From Clostridia bacterium (GTDB taxonomy: Bacteria > Bacillota > Clostridia > Christensenellales > CAG-138): a DNA stretch of 64,000 bases. The position numbers and the translations under genes were made by a program. The notes under the pieces are model-generated. The model had not been told where the DNA came from. It ran no database searches and worked only from the letters and a program-made list of their open reading frames with translations. How positions within the stretch are numbered: the first letter of the stretch is position 1; each line of letters opens with the position of its first letter. Below, one piece after another: positions 51,265-60,525 of the stretch. Location: the NCBI GenBank assembly GCA_003246365.1, contig QKAN01000053.1, forward strand, positions 15,842-79,841, in the 5' to 3' direction.

Positions 51265-52401
51265 TTATTCAACCAGTGTCACGGTCCCGCCGGGCAGGCA
51301 GTTTAAATCGCCCGAACCCGAAACGATTTGAATGTTGCTGCCGTTGATCTGCACCTGATTGGCGATGACACGTCCGTTGATAACGATATTTGCGCCGTTG
51401 ATTTGAATATATCCATTGGGCGCATATAGCACGCCGTCAACCTGAATGCTGGAACCGTTGATCTGAATGTTTCCGTTTTCGGAATACACGCATACGGACG
51501 AGGAAGAGGATGTTTCGATACAGCTTCCGTTAAACTGGATGTTACCCGACGCCAGCATAATACCGGTTCCGGTAAACGAGCTTCCGGCTACCGTAATCGT
51601 GCCGTCGACATAGATTGAATTATCAACGTTGATATTTGTCCCGTTAAACAACTGATTTCCGGTATATGCGGTTCCGTTCGCCGTCGCTTCCGCTTCCGCA
51701 ATAGCGGAAAAATCCGGCATATCGATTACCGAAGCCGCGACTGCCAGCGTATTGGCAATGCTGATCGTGCTCCCGTGCGTCGTTATCGAGGACCCCTGCA
51801 CCGTTCCGGTTATGGTAATGCTGGATCCGGCGGCAGTATAGCTGGATGCCGCTTCGACGTTTCCATTTACCGTCTGGCTGGAACCGTTCATTTGTATGCT
51901 GTTGTTTCCGTGGATATCTCCCGTGACATTCAAACTGCTCGTATACAGGCCAAGCAAGGATGAACTGCTTCCTGAAAAGATGGCATACCCGAACGCGCCG
52001 CCGCTGACGCCCGATTTTTCCGCTACAGCACGCGCCGAAACGGTTGTTGACGTTAAACCAAAGATACGGGCGAACGTGTATTCCACCGTTTTTGTGCAAA
52101 CGACCTCGACCTGTTTTGAATTTCCGTTATAGGGCGATGTCGCGGTTACTTCGGAGGCTTCCATTCCGTTCATCTGCGCATAAGAAACCGCTGTGCTGAC
52201 GGCGCTGGATGCACTCGGCAGTTCGTGCGCGCCGGCCAGAGCCGCCGCATCGGCTGCGTTCTGTAGCTGCCCTTTGTCGACAGCAACCGTGCCGATATCA
52301 ACGGCAAGCGCCGCAAACCCGCACAGCATGACGAGCGACAAGGCAACCAAAACAGCCGATTGTCCCGTTTCGCTTATCAGCCGCCTGATGATCGCTCTCA
52401 T
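51265..52401 (-). CDS. TadE/TadG-like (Flp-pilus pseudopilin-like) protein with repetitive C-terminal region
   Basis: N-terminal 'GQSAVLVALSLVMLCGFAALAVDIG..LQNAADAAALAGA' (Tad N-terminal motif). The C-terminus is built of 'I(Q/N)(I/M/F)NG(S/A)' repeats. Confidence 0.7.
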   Translation of the reverse strand: MRAIIRRLISETGQSAVLVALSLVMLCGFAALAVDIGTVAVDKGQLQNAADAAALAGAHELPSASSAVSTAVSYAQMNGMEASEVTATSPYNGNSKQVEVVCTKTVEYTFARIFGLTSTTVSARAVAEKSGVSGGAFGYAIFSGSSSSLLGLYTSSLNVTGDIHGNNSIQMNGSSQTVNGNVEAASSYTAAGSSITITGTVQGSSITTHGSTISIANTLAVAASVIDMPDFSAIAEAEATANGTAYTGNQLFNGTNINVDNSIYVDGTITVAGSSFTGTGIMLASGNIQFNGSCIETSSSSSVCVYSENGNIQINGSSIQVDGVLYAPNGYIQINGANIVINGRVIANQVQINGSNIQIVSGSGDLNCLPGGTVTLVE

Positions 52402-52521
52402 ACAAATTCCTCCATGATCAATTGAAGATGATTATACTATTATAAAAATAACGATTATTTTTCATCTGTCAAGAGGATTGAAAAAATTAACATTTGTTAA
52501 GTAAAAAACACAAACTCAATT

Positions 52522-52561
52522 AAACATAAATAACGCTCTGTGTTGTAAAAATCACAGAGCG
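52522..52561 (-). terminator. intrinsic terminator
   Basis: Minus strand: CGCTCTGTG-ATTTTTACAA-CACAGAGCG followed by TTATTTATGTTT. Confidence 0.6.
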
Positions 52562-52630
52562 CAAGTAGCTCATTCAGAATATTCCGCTCATTATCGAATT
52601 TTTACGACCACCCGGAATTGTTATGATTTT

Positions 52631-54016
52631 TTATCCGGCAAGCAGAACGCCGTTAACATAAACCGAAAACCCGTTTGTCACAATTCCGCTGATGCGTCCT
52701 GTAAACGCGGTCAGATATGCATTGCCGGTCAGCGTCCAGGTTGCATCATCGTCCAGCGTCACTTCCGCCGCAAGAGCTGTGTTCGCGGTATTGATTGTGC
52801 CGGTATAGCTCGACTCACCATTGAGCACCACAGAAACAGATGACAGATCATCCACTACGATATCGCCTGTCAACACTTGATTCTGCGCGGTCAGAGTGCA
52901 ATCCGCACCGTTGCTTCCATCTTTCCCCCAACCAAAGGAACCGTCGTTTCCGGTCACCCGGAGCAGCAGACAATCCTCATCCAGCGTGAGAGAAACTTCC
53001 TCCAGGTAAATGCTTGCATTCGTATTGGTTGCGTAGAAAAGATCCCCCGTCAGCGCGGTGAGCGCACCGCGCGTCATGTTGAATGTGCTCGTATTCCCAC
53101 CGGTCGGCACGTCCGAATAAAGCACAACGCAGTACGGCTCTACGAGCGTATCCACACTGACAACGTCGCCCATGCGGCCGGACACGGCGCAGTCGGTCAA
53201 CGAAACAGTGCCGCCATTGACGCAAATTGCCTCAGATTGATTCGCTCGCAGTGTTGCGCTCGTGATATCTACTCTGCCCGCGGCGGACACGACAGGCGAA
53301 CCTTCGCCTCCGGTTATCGCTGTGCCTCCTTCCAACGAGATGCTGCCGTCCTGCGCGGTAAAGAGCGCGGCCGAATCTGCACCTTGTGTCGAAATAGACG
53401 TTTCATGCGCGATAACGCCGCCGGATGTCGCGGCAACGCCAAACGAAGCTTCTCCGCTGGTTCGTACGCTGCCGCTTTGCAGCCGCAGCATGCCATCCTG
53501 AACAAAAACACCGCCCGCACCCAACGCATTGCTGGTAACTTGCGACTCGATCAAATCCAGCTGCGATTCCGCGCGCACGAGAACGGCCGCATTTAACCCG
53601 TATGCCATCGTATTCTCCAAGCTGGAGGCATCTCCGCTTCGTTTTTCTACGGAAGCGCCGTCAATGCTTGCTACGGCTGCGTTTTCTATGCGAAGTGCGT
53701 TTTCATCCGCTTCTTCGGAATAATAGGTTTTCTGGCTTTCACTTGTATCCGCGGCAATGGTATACGCTCCCGCGCCGTTGGGTTCTTTGGTTTGTTCCGC
53801 GCTCGGCGTTTCGCTTGCAATCGGCGTTTGTGTAATCGACGGCGTTTCAGTTTGAACAGCCGGCGTTTCGGCGGGCGTCGCGCTTTGCGTTGAAACAGGC
53901 GAGGGAGAACCAACGCTGACAACAGGATCGGTCAGGTCGCATCCGGTGCCTACTAATAAAATCACCATGGTCAGCATCAGCAGTCCACGTCTTGCCAAAT
54001 ACCCCGTTTGTTTCAT
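52631..54016 (-). CDS. predicted lipoprotein with beta-helix-like repeats (paralog of 19757..20779)
   Basis: Start at ATG 54016 (GGAAGGAGG upstream). Lipobox 'LLVGTGC', P/T/S-rich linker, then a repetitive Gly/Ser/Thr-rich body. Confidence 0.7.
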   Translation of the reverse strand: MKQTGYLARRGLLMLTMVILLVGTGCDLTDPVVSVGSPSPVSTQSATPAETPAVQTETPSITQTPIASETPSAEQTKEPNGAGAYTIAADTSESQKTYYSEEADENALRIENAAVASIDGASVEKRSGDASSLENTMAYGLNAAVLVRAESQLDLIESQVTSNALGAGGVFVQDGMLRLQSGSVRTSGEASFGVAATSGGVIAHETSISTQGADSAALFTAQDGSISLEGGTAITGGEGSPVVSAAGRVDITSATLRANQSEAICVNGGTVSLTDCAVSGRMGDVVSVDTLVEPYCVVLYSDVPTGGNTSTFNMTRGALTALTGDLFYATNTNASIYLEEVSLTLDEDCLLLRVTGNDGSFGWGKDGSNGADCTLTAQNQVLTGDIVVDDLSSVSVVLNGESSYTGTINTANTALAAEVTLDDDATWTLTGNAYLTAFTGRISGIVTNGFSVYVNGVLLAG

Positions 54017-54305
54017 GCGTTCGCCTCCTTCCGGGTTATGAAAACCGAATCTCATAAAAAGGATTTTCATCCGATTTTAAACTTTCCCAGAGAGTATATC
54101 TTACAGGTTTGAACGAACTATAGAACAAATGTGAACTCCTTTGCCTCTTTCACGAATAAAAACGTCAACCGACGCGTTTTTTCGCCCCGGTTACCCAAAT
54201 CCAGCAGCGATGATGGAAAGCGCCGCTCTTGTGTTGATTTTGCAAACATGGTATGCTCATACTAATAAAAATAAGAGAAGAAGAAGAAAATCAGAAAGGA
54301 AATTC

Positions 54306-55079
54306 ATGGATACCTTAAGAAGCAAAAAAGGGTATATTTGCGATATGGACGGCGTAATCTACCATGGCGAACGGCTTTTGCCGGGCGTCAAGGAGTTTGT
54401 CGACTGGCTATATAAAGAGAACAAACAATTTCTATTTTTAACCAACGCAAGCGGAAAAACGCCGAAAGAATTGCAGAGCAAGCTCGCCCGCATGGGGCTG
54501 GACGTTGACGAAAGTCACTTTTATACAAGCGCGCTCGCTACGGCGAACTTCATCCGCACGCAGGCCCCCGGCAGCAGCGCTTATGTCATCGGCGCACCGG
54601 GACTGTTTAACGCCCTATACGAAGCGGGCATCATGACCAATGGCGTTGATCCGGATTATGTGGTCGTCGGCGAAACGAGCAACTACAACTACGAGAGCAT
54701 TCTAAAGGCCGTGCAGCTTGTCCGCAACGGCGCGAAGCTCATCGGCACCAACACCGACATGACCGGCCCTTCCGAAACCGGCATCATTCCCGCCTGTCGC
54801 GCGCTGATTGCCCCGATTGAACTCGCAACCGGACAATCCGCCTACTTTGTCGGCAAACCCAATCCGCTCATGATGCGTACGGGGTTAAGGATGCTGGGGG
54901 TTCACTCCAACGAAGCGGCAATGATCGGCGACCGCATGGACACGGACATCGTTGCCGGCGTAGAAACCGGACTCGACACCGTGCTTGTGCTCTCCGGCGT
55001 GACCACGGTCGAAGAAATGAAGAGATTCCCGTATCGCCCGCGCCTCGTGCTCAACGGCGTCGGCGACATTCCCAAATAA
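54306..55079 (+). CDS. HAD-IIA family hydrolase (NagD-like sugar phosphatase)
   Basis: Start at ATG 54306. Motif I 'ICDMDGVIY', 'LTNAS', 'GKP', 'IGDRMDTDI'. Confidence 0.85.
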   Translation: MDTLRSKKGYICDMDGVIYHGERLLPGVKEFVDWLYKENKQFLFLTNASGKTPKELQSKLARMGLDVDESHFYTSALATANFIRTQAPGSSAYVIGAPGLFNALYEAGIMTNGVDPDYVVVGETSNYNYESILKAVQLVRNGAKLIGTNTDMTGPSETGIIPACRALIAPIELATGQSAYFVGKPNPLMMRTGLRMLGVHSNEAAMIGDRMDTDIVAGVETGLDTVLVLSGVTTVEEMKRFPYRPRLVLNGVGDIPK

Positions 55080-55093
55080 TAAATCAAATTGCG

Positions 55094-55124
55094 AAAAAAA
55101 CTCCCCGCTTTCCAGCGGGGAGTT
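55094..55124. terminator. bidirectional intrinsic terminator
   Basis: AAAAAAACTCCCCGC-TTTCCAG-CGGGGAGTTT. Confidence 0.75.
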
Positions 55125-55140
55125 TGCTTGTTGCGTCTAA

Positions 55141-56322
55141 TTAGATCGCCCGTTCGTAAATTGCTTTCGCGTCCGCTTCGTAGATCTTTTTTAGTCCACC
55201 GACGGGCCGGTCGGTTCCATCCGGCAGATGCGTTACCTCGCGCGCCATATCCGCAAGCTGCGCCGGATCGACGCCAAGCTTGATCAGGCGGCTCGGCAGA
55301 CCCATGCGGGAGAAAAACGTCTCCAACGTGGAAATGCCGCTTTCGATGGTTGCCGCAACCGCTTCCGGCTGGTCTTCTTCGCCCATGATGCGAACGGCGA
55401 AGTTATAAAACCGCTTCGGGTTCACGCGCCAGACATGCCGCATCCAGGCAGGCGTCAAAATCGCGAGGCCCGCGCCGTGGGTAACGCCGAAGCGGGCGGT
55501 CAATTCGTGATCCAGCTTGTGGCAGGCCCAATCCTGTTCCCGTCCAACGCCGAGCATGTTGTTGTGCGCAATGTTTCCGCTCAACGCAACCTGACACCAA
55601 GCGTCGTAATCTTCCGGATTTTCAACGACTTTCGGCCCGAACTCAAGCAATGTGCGTATCGTAGCCTCCGCCAGTGAATCGATCAGTTCCGTGTGTTCCG
55701 TGTTCGAAAAATACCGTTCGAAGATATGGCTCATCATATCCGCTACACCGCTGGCGATCTGGAACTTCGGCAGCGTCGTAAAGAGCGTCGGGTCGATTAC
55801 AGCCAACTTCGGGCGAATATATTCGCGGTTGTAACCGCATTTTTTATGGAGCTGATAATTGCTCACCACGCTACTATTGCTGGATTCCGAACCAGCCGCG
55901 GGGAAGGTGAGCACACAGGCAATCGGGTAGGCCCCTGTTGTTTCGATGCCTTTTTCATACATATCCCAAAGATCGATCCCCGGATTTTCCAACCCGAGCG
56001 CAATGCCTTTGCCGGAGTCGATGACCGAACCGCCGCCAACACAAAGCACCAGCTCCACGCCTTCGCGTCTGCCCAGTTCAACCCCCTGTTTCACAAGCTC
56101 GATATCCGGATTCGGCCGCACGCCACCGAGCATAACCGAAGCTACACCCGCTGAAGATAGCGAATCCGTAATGCGCTTGATCAGCCCGCTCTTTTCAACA
56201 CGGTCGCTGCCGTAATGCACCAGTACTTTTTTTGCCAGCGGGGCAATCTGCGCTCCGATTTGATCCGCCGTGCCTTTGCCGAAAACAATGCGCGTCGGGC
56301 TATAAAATTCAAAATTCAGCAT
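55141..56322 (-). CDS. iron-containing alcohol dehydrogenase (butanol dehydrogenase/YqhD-like)
   Basis: Start at ATG 56322 (MLNFEFYSPTRIVFGKG..). 'GGGSVIDSGK', 'HKLDHELTARFGVTHGAGL'. Confidence 0.85.
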   Translation of the reverse strand: MLNFEFYSPTRIVFGKGTADQIGAQIAPLAKKVLVHYGSDRVEKSGLIKRITDSLSSAGVASVMLGGVRPNPDIELVKQGVELGRREGVELVLCVGGGSVIDSGKGIALGLENPGIDLWDMYEKGIETTGAYPIACVLTFPAAGSESSNSSVVSNYQLHKKCGYNREYIRPKLAVIDPTLFTTLPKFQIASGVADMMSHIFERYFSNTEHTELIDSLAEATIRTLLEFGPKVVENPEDYDAWCQVALSGNIAHNNMLGVGREQDWACHKLDHELTARFGVTHGAGLAILTPAWMRHVWRVNPKRFYNFAVRIMGEEDQPEAVAATIESGISTLETFFSRMGLPSRLIKLGVDPAQLADMAREVTHLPDGTDRPVGGLKKIYEADAKAIYERAI

Positions 56323-56539
56323 AGGATGATTTTCGTTCCTCCAAAGATGTAAAAAGATGTGAAACGGCGATTGCTTCCGGTTCGCTCCCGATTGTTTGCT
56401 TTTGTCCGCCGTTTCATTTATTATATCAGCTTCTGTACTTGTGCGCCAGAAAAACGCCATCGTATTGCGGAATTCTTGCAAATGATTTTTGTAATTGTTA
56501 TACTGTAATATATACAATTAGTGATCGTGGAGGTAGCGA

Positions 56540-57499
56540 ATGGAAAAGAAATCGACCGTGTCTGACGCGGCAAAAGCGGAAGCCGCCAAAAAGGCTGCAG
56601 CAGCGAAAAAGGCCGCAGCCGCAAAGAAAACAACGACAAAATCTGCACCCGCAAAACCGGCAACAAAGAGCGCGCCAAAGAAAGCGCCTGTAAAAGAAGT
56701 TGCAAAAGCGGAAGAAGTAGAAGAAGTTGTTGAACAGGAAACCGAAGCCCCCGCTTCCGGCGGAAAAGGTTCCGTCAAGGGTCTGCGTATTGGCGCGATC
56801 ATCCTCTGGGTATTAGCCATTGCGGCGGAAGTCGGTGCGTTCTTTGCGTTTAGTTATGCAATTCGCAACGGCGCGCAAAACTGGAATGATCCGGAATTCC
56901 TTCTCATGATCGGCGCTCTGGTGCTCGACGCAATTTTCTGCATCGTGGCCGCGCAACTCTGGAAGAAATCCAACCGCATCCGTCCGTGTCTGGCGGACAG
57001 CAAGCTTGTGCGTACGCTCTGGCATCAGCTCGGCGTTATCATGGTTCTCGTTTGCTTCCTGCCGATCGGCATTTTCCTACTCGCTAAATCCGATAAACTG
57101 AATAAAAAGACAAAGACCATCCTCATCGCAATCCTCGCTGCGTTGCTCCTCAGCGCTGGTACCGCCTCCGTGGATTTCCAGCAACCGACCGAAGCAGAGG
57201 TTCAGCAATTGCAGGAAGAAGCGGCAGCGGAAGCCGACTATACCGGCACCGTTTACTGGACACGCTACGGCAAGAGCTATCACTTTGATCCCGATTGTCA
57301 GGCGCTTTCGCGCACCAGCCCTGAAAACCTCTTCAGCGGCACGTTGGACGAAGCCTTTGCGGCAAACCGCTGGGATCCCTGCGATTTCTGCGCCGGCGGA
57401 GCAGAAGCCAAGCTGGACGAAGCCGCAGCTGACACAACCGACACAACCGACACGACCACTGATACAACGGATACGACAACAGAAACCACAACCGATTAA
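56540..57499 (+). CDS. membrane protein with Lys/Ala-rich N-terminus and C-terminal Cys/His motif
   Basis: GGAGG upstream. 'AAKAEAAKKAAAAKKAAAAKKTTTKSAPAKPATKSAPKKAP'; 4 TM helices; 'YWTRYGKSYHFDPDCQAL..WDPCDFC'; a (D/E)TT repeat tail. Confidence 0.7.
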   Translation: MEKKSTVSDAAKAEAAKKAAAAKKAAAAKKTTTKSAPAKPATKSAPKKAPVKEVAKAEEVEEVVEQETEAPASGGKGSVKGLRIGAIILWVLAIAAEVGAFFAFSYAIRNGAQNWNDPEFLLMIGALVLDAIFCIVAAQLWKKSNRIRPCLADSKLVRTLWHQLGVIMVLVCFLPIGIFLLAKSDKLNKKTKTILIAILAALLLSAGTASVDFQQPTEAEVQQLQEEAAAEADYTGTVYWTRYGKSYHFDPDCQALSRTSPENLFSGTLDEAFAANRWDPCDFCAGGAEAKLDEAAADTTDTTDTTTDTTDTTTETTTD

Positions 57500-57523
57500 T
57501 CGGCGGGTTCAGAAACGCAACAC

Positions 57524-57555
57524 AAAAGGAACCGTGAAAAACGGTTCCTTTTTTT
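57524..57555. terminator. bidirectional intrinsic terminator
   Basis: AAAAGGAACCGT-GAAAA-ACGGTTCCTTTTTTT. Confidence 0.8.
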
Positions 57556-57568
57556 GTGCAAAAGTCTT

Positions 57569-58054
57569 TTACAGAGTATCGATAGTCTTAATTTTGCTGC
57601 CTTTGCTTTCGTAGTAATGCAACATTTCGTCAATCTTTCTCTTGTCATAACTGGTGATGCAATCCTTTAAAACAGTTACATCATAGCCCGCGGTACACAT
57701 GTTATAGCAGGTTGACTTGACACAGGCAACCGCATCCGCGCCCGCAAGATAGAAAGCGTGAATTTCATTTCTTCGAATAAACTCCGCGAATTCTTCACTG
57801 GTCAGCGCATTGCCTTTATACTTCGTAAAAACGTTATTTGATACGATTTTCAAATCCGGCGCCAATTCAGCGCCAAGTGTATTTGGCTTAAACGTTCTCG
57901 TGCCGGACGACAAATTTTCATGTCTGATATAGACGACATACACATCGTTTTCCACCGCCCAGTCGATTGCTCGATTGATATTGCCAATCACGTCTTTATA
58001 GTTTTTTGTGATGTCGTTTTGAATATCGATGACCACCAAGGCTTTGTTCTGCAT
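57569..58054 (-). CDS. isochorismatase-family cysteine hydrolase
   Basis: Start at ATG 58054 (GGGAGAA upstream). Catalytic triad context 'ALVVIDIQND', 'FTKYKGNA', 'GADAVACVKST'. Confidence 0.85.
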   Translation of the reverse strand: MQNKALVVIDIQNDITKNYKDVIGNINRAIDWAVENDVYVVYIRHENLSSGTRTFKPNTLGAELAPDLKIVSNNVFTKYKGNALTSEEFAEFIRRNEIHAFYLAGADAVACVKSTCYNMCTAGYDVTVLKDCITSYDKRKIDEMLHYYESKGSKIKTIDTL

Positions 58055-58174
58055 TTTCGTTTCTCCCGCCGCTTGAATTGTTTGATGTGCTTTCATTCTA
58101 TCGTGCAATCGTTGACATAAGTATGGCAACAATCTATGATAAAATTCGATAAAAGATCGAGAGGAGGTTGCAGG

Positions 58175-59107
58175 ATGAAGGTTGACAGGTTGGTCAGTAT
58201 CATCATGATACTCCTCGATAAAGAGCGCATTGGCGCGCAAGAGCTGGCAGAGCTATTCGAAGTATCCCCGCGCACCATCTACCGCGATATCGACTCGATC
58301 AATCTGGCGGGTATTCCCGTTCGCTCTGTTTCGGGGGTCGGCGGCGGTTTTGAAATCATGCCGCAATACAAAATTGACAAAAAGGTTTTTTCGGCTGACG
58401 ACCTTTCCGTTATTTTGATGGGGTTGTCCGGTCTTTCCGATATGATGCGGGGCGACGAACTGATCCACGCGCTTGCAAAAGTGAAAAGTTTTATTCCCGC
58501 CGACAGAGCAAGAGAAATCGAGTTGAAAGCAAATCAGATACACATCGACTTAACGCCTTGGATGGGAAACAGGAACATTCGGCCATACTTGAATATCATT
58601 CAAACTGCGATGCAGGTAAGAAAGTTGCTTGCTTTTGACTATACCAACCGCTACGGAAACAAAATCGCGCGAATTGCCGAGCCATACCAATTGGTGCTCA
58701 AAGGCAGCCAATGGTATTGGCACGGATATTGCCAGACAAGAAAAGATTTTCGCCTGTTCAAGCTATCCCGCACATCCAGCCTGCAAATGCTTGACGAAGC
58801 GTTTGTGCCACGTGATCATCCTAGTCCGCAGTTAGACGCTTCCGAGATTGCAGCAAACTTACAAAGTAAAATCAAACTCCGTATTCATAAATCTATTTTG
58901 GAGCGGGTGCTGGATTATTGCAATGAAGAAGATATTTCGCCGGATGGCGACGAACACTATATCGTTCAATATCCTTTTATAGAAAATGACTATTACTATG
59001 ATATGTTGCTCAGTTTCGGGGACAAGTGCGAGTGTTTGATGCCGACACACGTTCGCGCGGAGATAAAACGGCGCGTCAACAGCATGGCTGCCTTGTACGA
59101 AAATTAA
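58175..59107 (+). CDS. YafY-family transcriptional regulator (HTH + WYL)
   Basis: Start at ATG 58175 (GGAGG upstream). 'GAQELAELFEVSPRTIYRDIDSINLAGIPV'; 'GSQWYWHGYCQTRKDFRLFKLSR'. Confidence 0.85.
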   Translation: MKVDRLVSIIMILLDKERIGAQELAELFEVSPRTIYRDIDSINLAGIPVRSVSGVGGGFEIMPQYKIDKKVFSADDLSVILMGLSGLSDMMRGDELIHALAKVKSFIPADRAREIELKANQIHIDLTPWMGNRNIRPYLNIIQTAMQVRKLLAFDYTNRYGNKIARIAEPYQLVLKGSQWYWHGYCQTRKDFRLFKLSRTSSLQMLDEAFVPRDHPSPQLDASEIAANLQSKIKLRIHKSILERVLDYCNEEDISPDGDEHYIVQYPFIENDYYYDMLLSFGDKCECLMPTHVRAEIKRRVNSMAALYEN

Positions 59108-59128
59108 AAGAAATAAGATGGCTTAATC

Positions 59129-59158
59129 AAAAAGGAACTGCAACTGCAGTTCCTTTTG
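59129..59158. terminator. bidirectional intrinsic terminator
   Basis: AAAAAGGAACTGC-AACT-GCAGTTCCTTTTG. Confidence 0.7.
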
Positions 59159-59209
59159 TGATAGCGCGTCAGTTTTCTTTGTCTTCTTTCTTTTTCAAAA
59201 GAAAGAAGG

Positions 59210-60490
59210 TTAACGGATTTCCGTCTTATTCCTGAAATACGGTCTCAATGCCTCGGGAATTGCGACGCTGCCGTCTGCACGGAGATTGTTTTCGAGGAAC
59301 GCGATGAGCATGCGCGGGGGCGCGACCACCGTGTTGTTGAGCGTGTGCGGAAAATAGTTGCCCGTTTCCTTGTTTTTCACGCGGATGCCGAGGCGGCGTG
59401 CCTGCGCGTCGCCAAGGTTACTGCAACTTCCTACCTCAAAATACTTCTGCTGACGCGGAGACCAGGCTTCCACGTCTATACTCTTGACCTTGAGGTCGGC
59501 AAGATCGCCGGAGCAGCACTCCAGCGAGCGGACGGGAACATCCAGCGTGCGGAAGAAATCGATGGTGTTTTTCAGCATCTTTTCAAACCAGTCCATGCTC
59601 TCTTCCGGCTTGCAAACCACGATCATTTCCTGCTTTTCAAACTGATGGATGCGGTAAACGCCGCGCTCCTCAATTCCATGCGCGCCGACTTCTTTTCTAA
59701 AGCACGGCGAATAGCTCGTCAGCGTCTGCGGCAGTTCGCTCTCTTCAAGGAATGTATCGATGAATTTGCCGATCATGGAGTGTTCGCTGGTGCCAATGAG
59801 GTAGAGGTCTTCTCCCTCGATCTTATACATCATGCCTTCCATCTCGGCAAAGCTCATGACGCCGGTTACCACGCCGCTGCGAATCATGAACGGCGGAATA
59901 TAATAGGTAAATCCGCGGTCGACCATGAAATCCCGCGCATACGCTAAGATCGCAGACTGCAAAAGCGCGATATCGCCGCAAAGATAGTAGAACCCGTTTC
60001 CGCTGGTTTTGCGCGCGGCGTCGAGGTCGATCCCCTTGAATTTTTCCATGATTTCAACATGATAGGGCACCTCGAACTCCGGTACAACCGCCTCGCCAAA
60101 ACGCTGCAGTTCAACATTTTCCGAATCGTCTTTGCCGATCGGTACGCTGGCATCGATGATGTTCGGAATCACGAGCATGCGCTTTCTGATTTCGGCGGTG
60201 AGTTCATCCTCCCGCACCGCAAGCTGCGCCATCTCGTCCGCCATGTCGTTGACCTGTTTCTTGGCGGCTTCCGCTTCTTCCTTTTGGCCTTTTCCCATCA
60301 GCGCGCCGATGGATTTACTGATGGAGTTACGCTGGGAGCGCAGATAGTCCGCGCGCGTATGCGCCTCGCGGAATTCTTTGTCCAGTTCCAGAACCTCGTC
60401 CACAAGCGCGAGCTTTTCAAACTGAAATTTCTTTTTGATGTTCTCTTTTACAAGCTCCGGTTGCGTCCGGATCAGTTTAATATCCAGCAT
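59210..60490 (-). CDS. serS: seryl-tRNA synthetase
   Basis: 426 aa. N-terminal coiled coil 'MLDIKLIRTQPELVKENIKKK'. Class II motifs ('FRKEVGAHG', 'GSCSNLGDAQARR', 'HTLNNT'). Confidence 0.9.
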   Translation of the reverse strand: MLDIKLIRTQPELVKENIKKKFQFEKLALVDEVLELDKEFREAHTRADYLRSQRNSISKSIGALMGKGQKEEAEAAKKQVNDMADEMAQLAVREDELTAEIRKRMLVIPNIIDASVPIGKDDSENVELQRFGEAVVPEFEVPYHVEIMEKFKGIDLDAARKTSGNGFYYLCGDIALLQSAILAYARDFMVDRGFTYYIPPFMIRSGVVTGVMSFAEMEGMMYKIEGEDLYLIGTSEHSMIGKFIDTFLEESELPQTLTSYSPCFRKEVGAHGIEERGVYRIHQFEKQEMIVVCKPEESMDWFEKMLKNTIDFFRTLDVPVRSLECCSGDLADLKVKSIDVEAWSPRQQKYFEVGSCSNLGDAQARRLGIRVKNKETGNYFPHTLNNTVVAPPRMLIAFLENNLRADGSVAIPEALRPYFRNKTEIR

Positions 60491-60525
60491 ACGATCCCCC
60501 TGTATGTCGTTTCGTTTCGAATAAA

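Noticed and set aside
57431-57496. Short tandem GACACAACC/GATACGACA-type repeats, considered as a CRISPR-like or VNTR element.
   Set aside because: They are in-frame codons for a (D/E)TT low-complexity tail of 56540..57499. The period is 9-12 nt with no spacers, so this is not a CRISPR array.
59183-59208. Hairpin CTTCTTTC-N10-GAAAGAAG just downstream of serS.
   Set aside because: It is AT-rich and weak, with no U-tract on the serS strand. The GC-rich bidirectional terminator at 59129-59158 is the more likely terminator.
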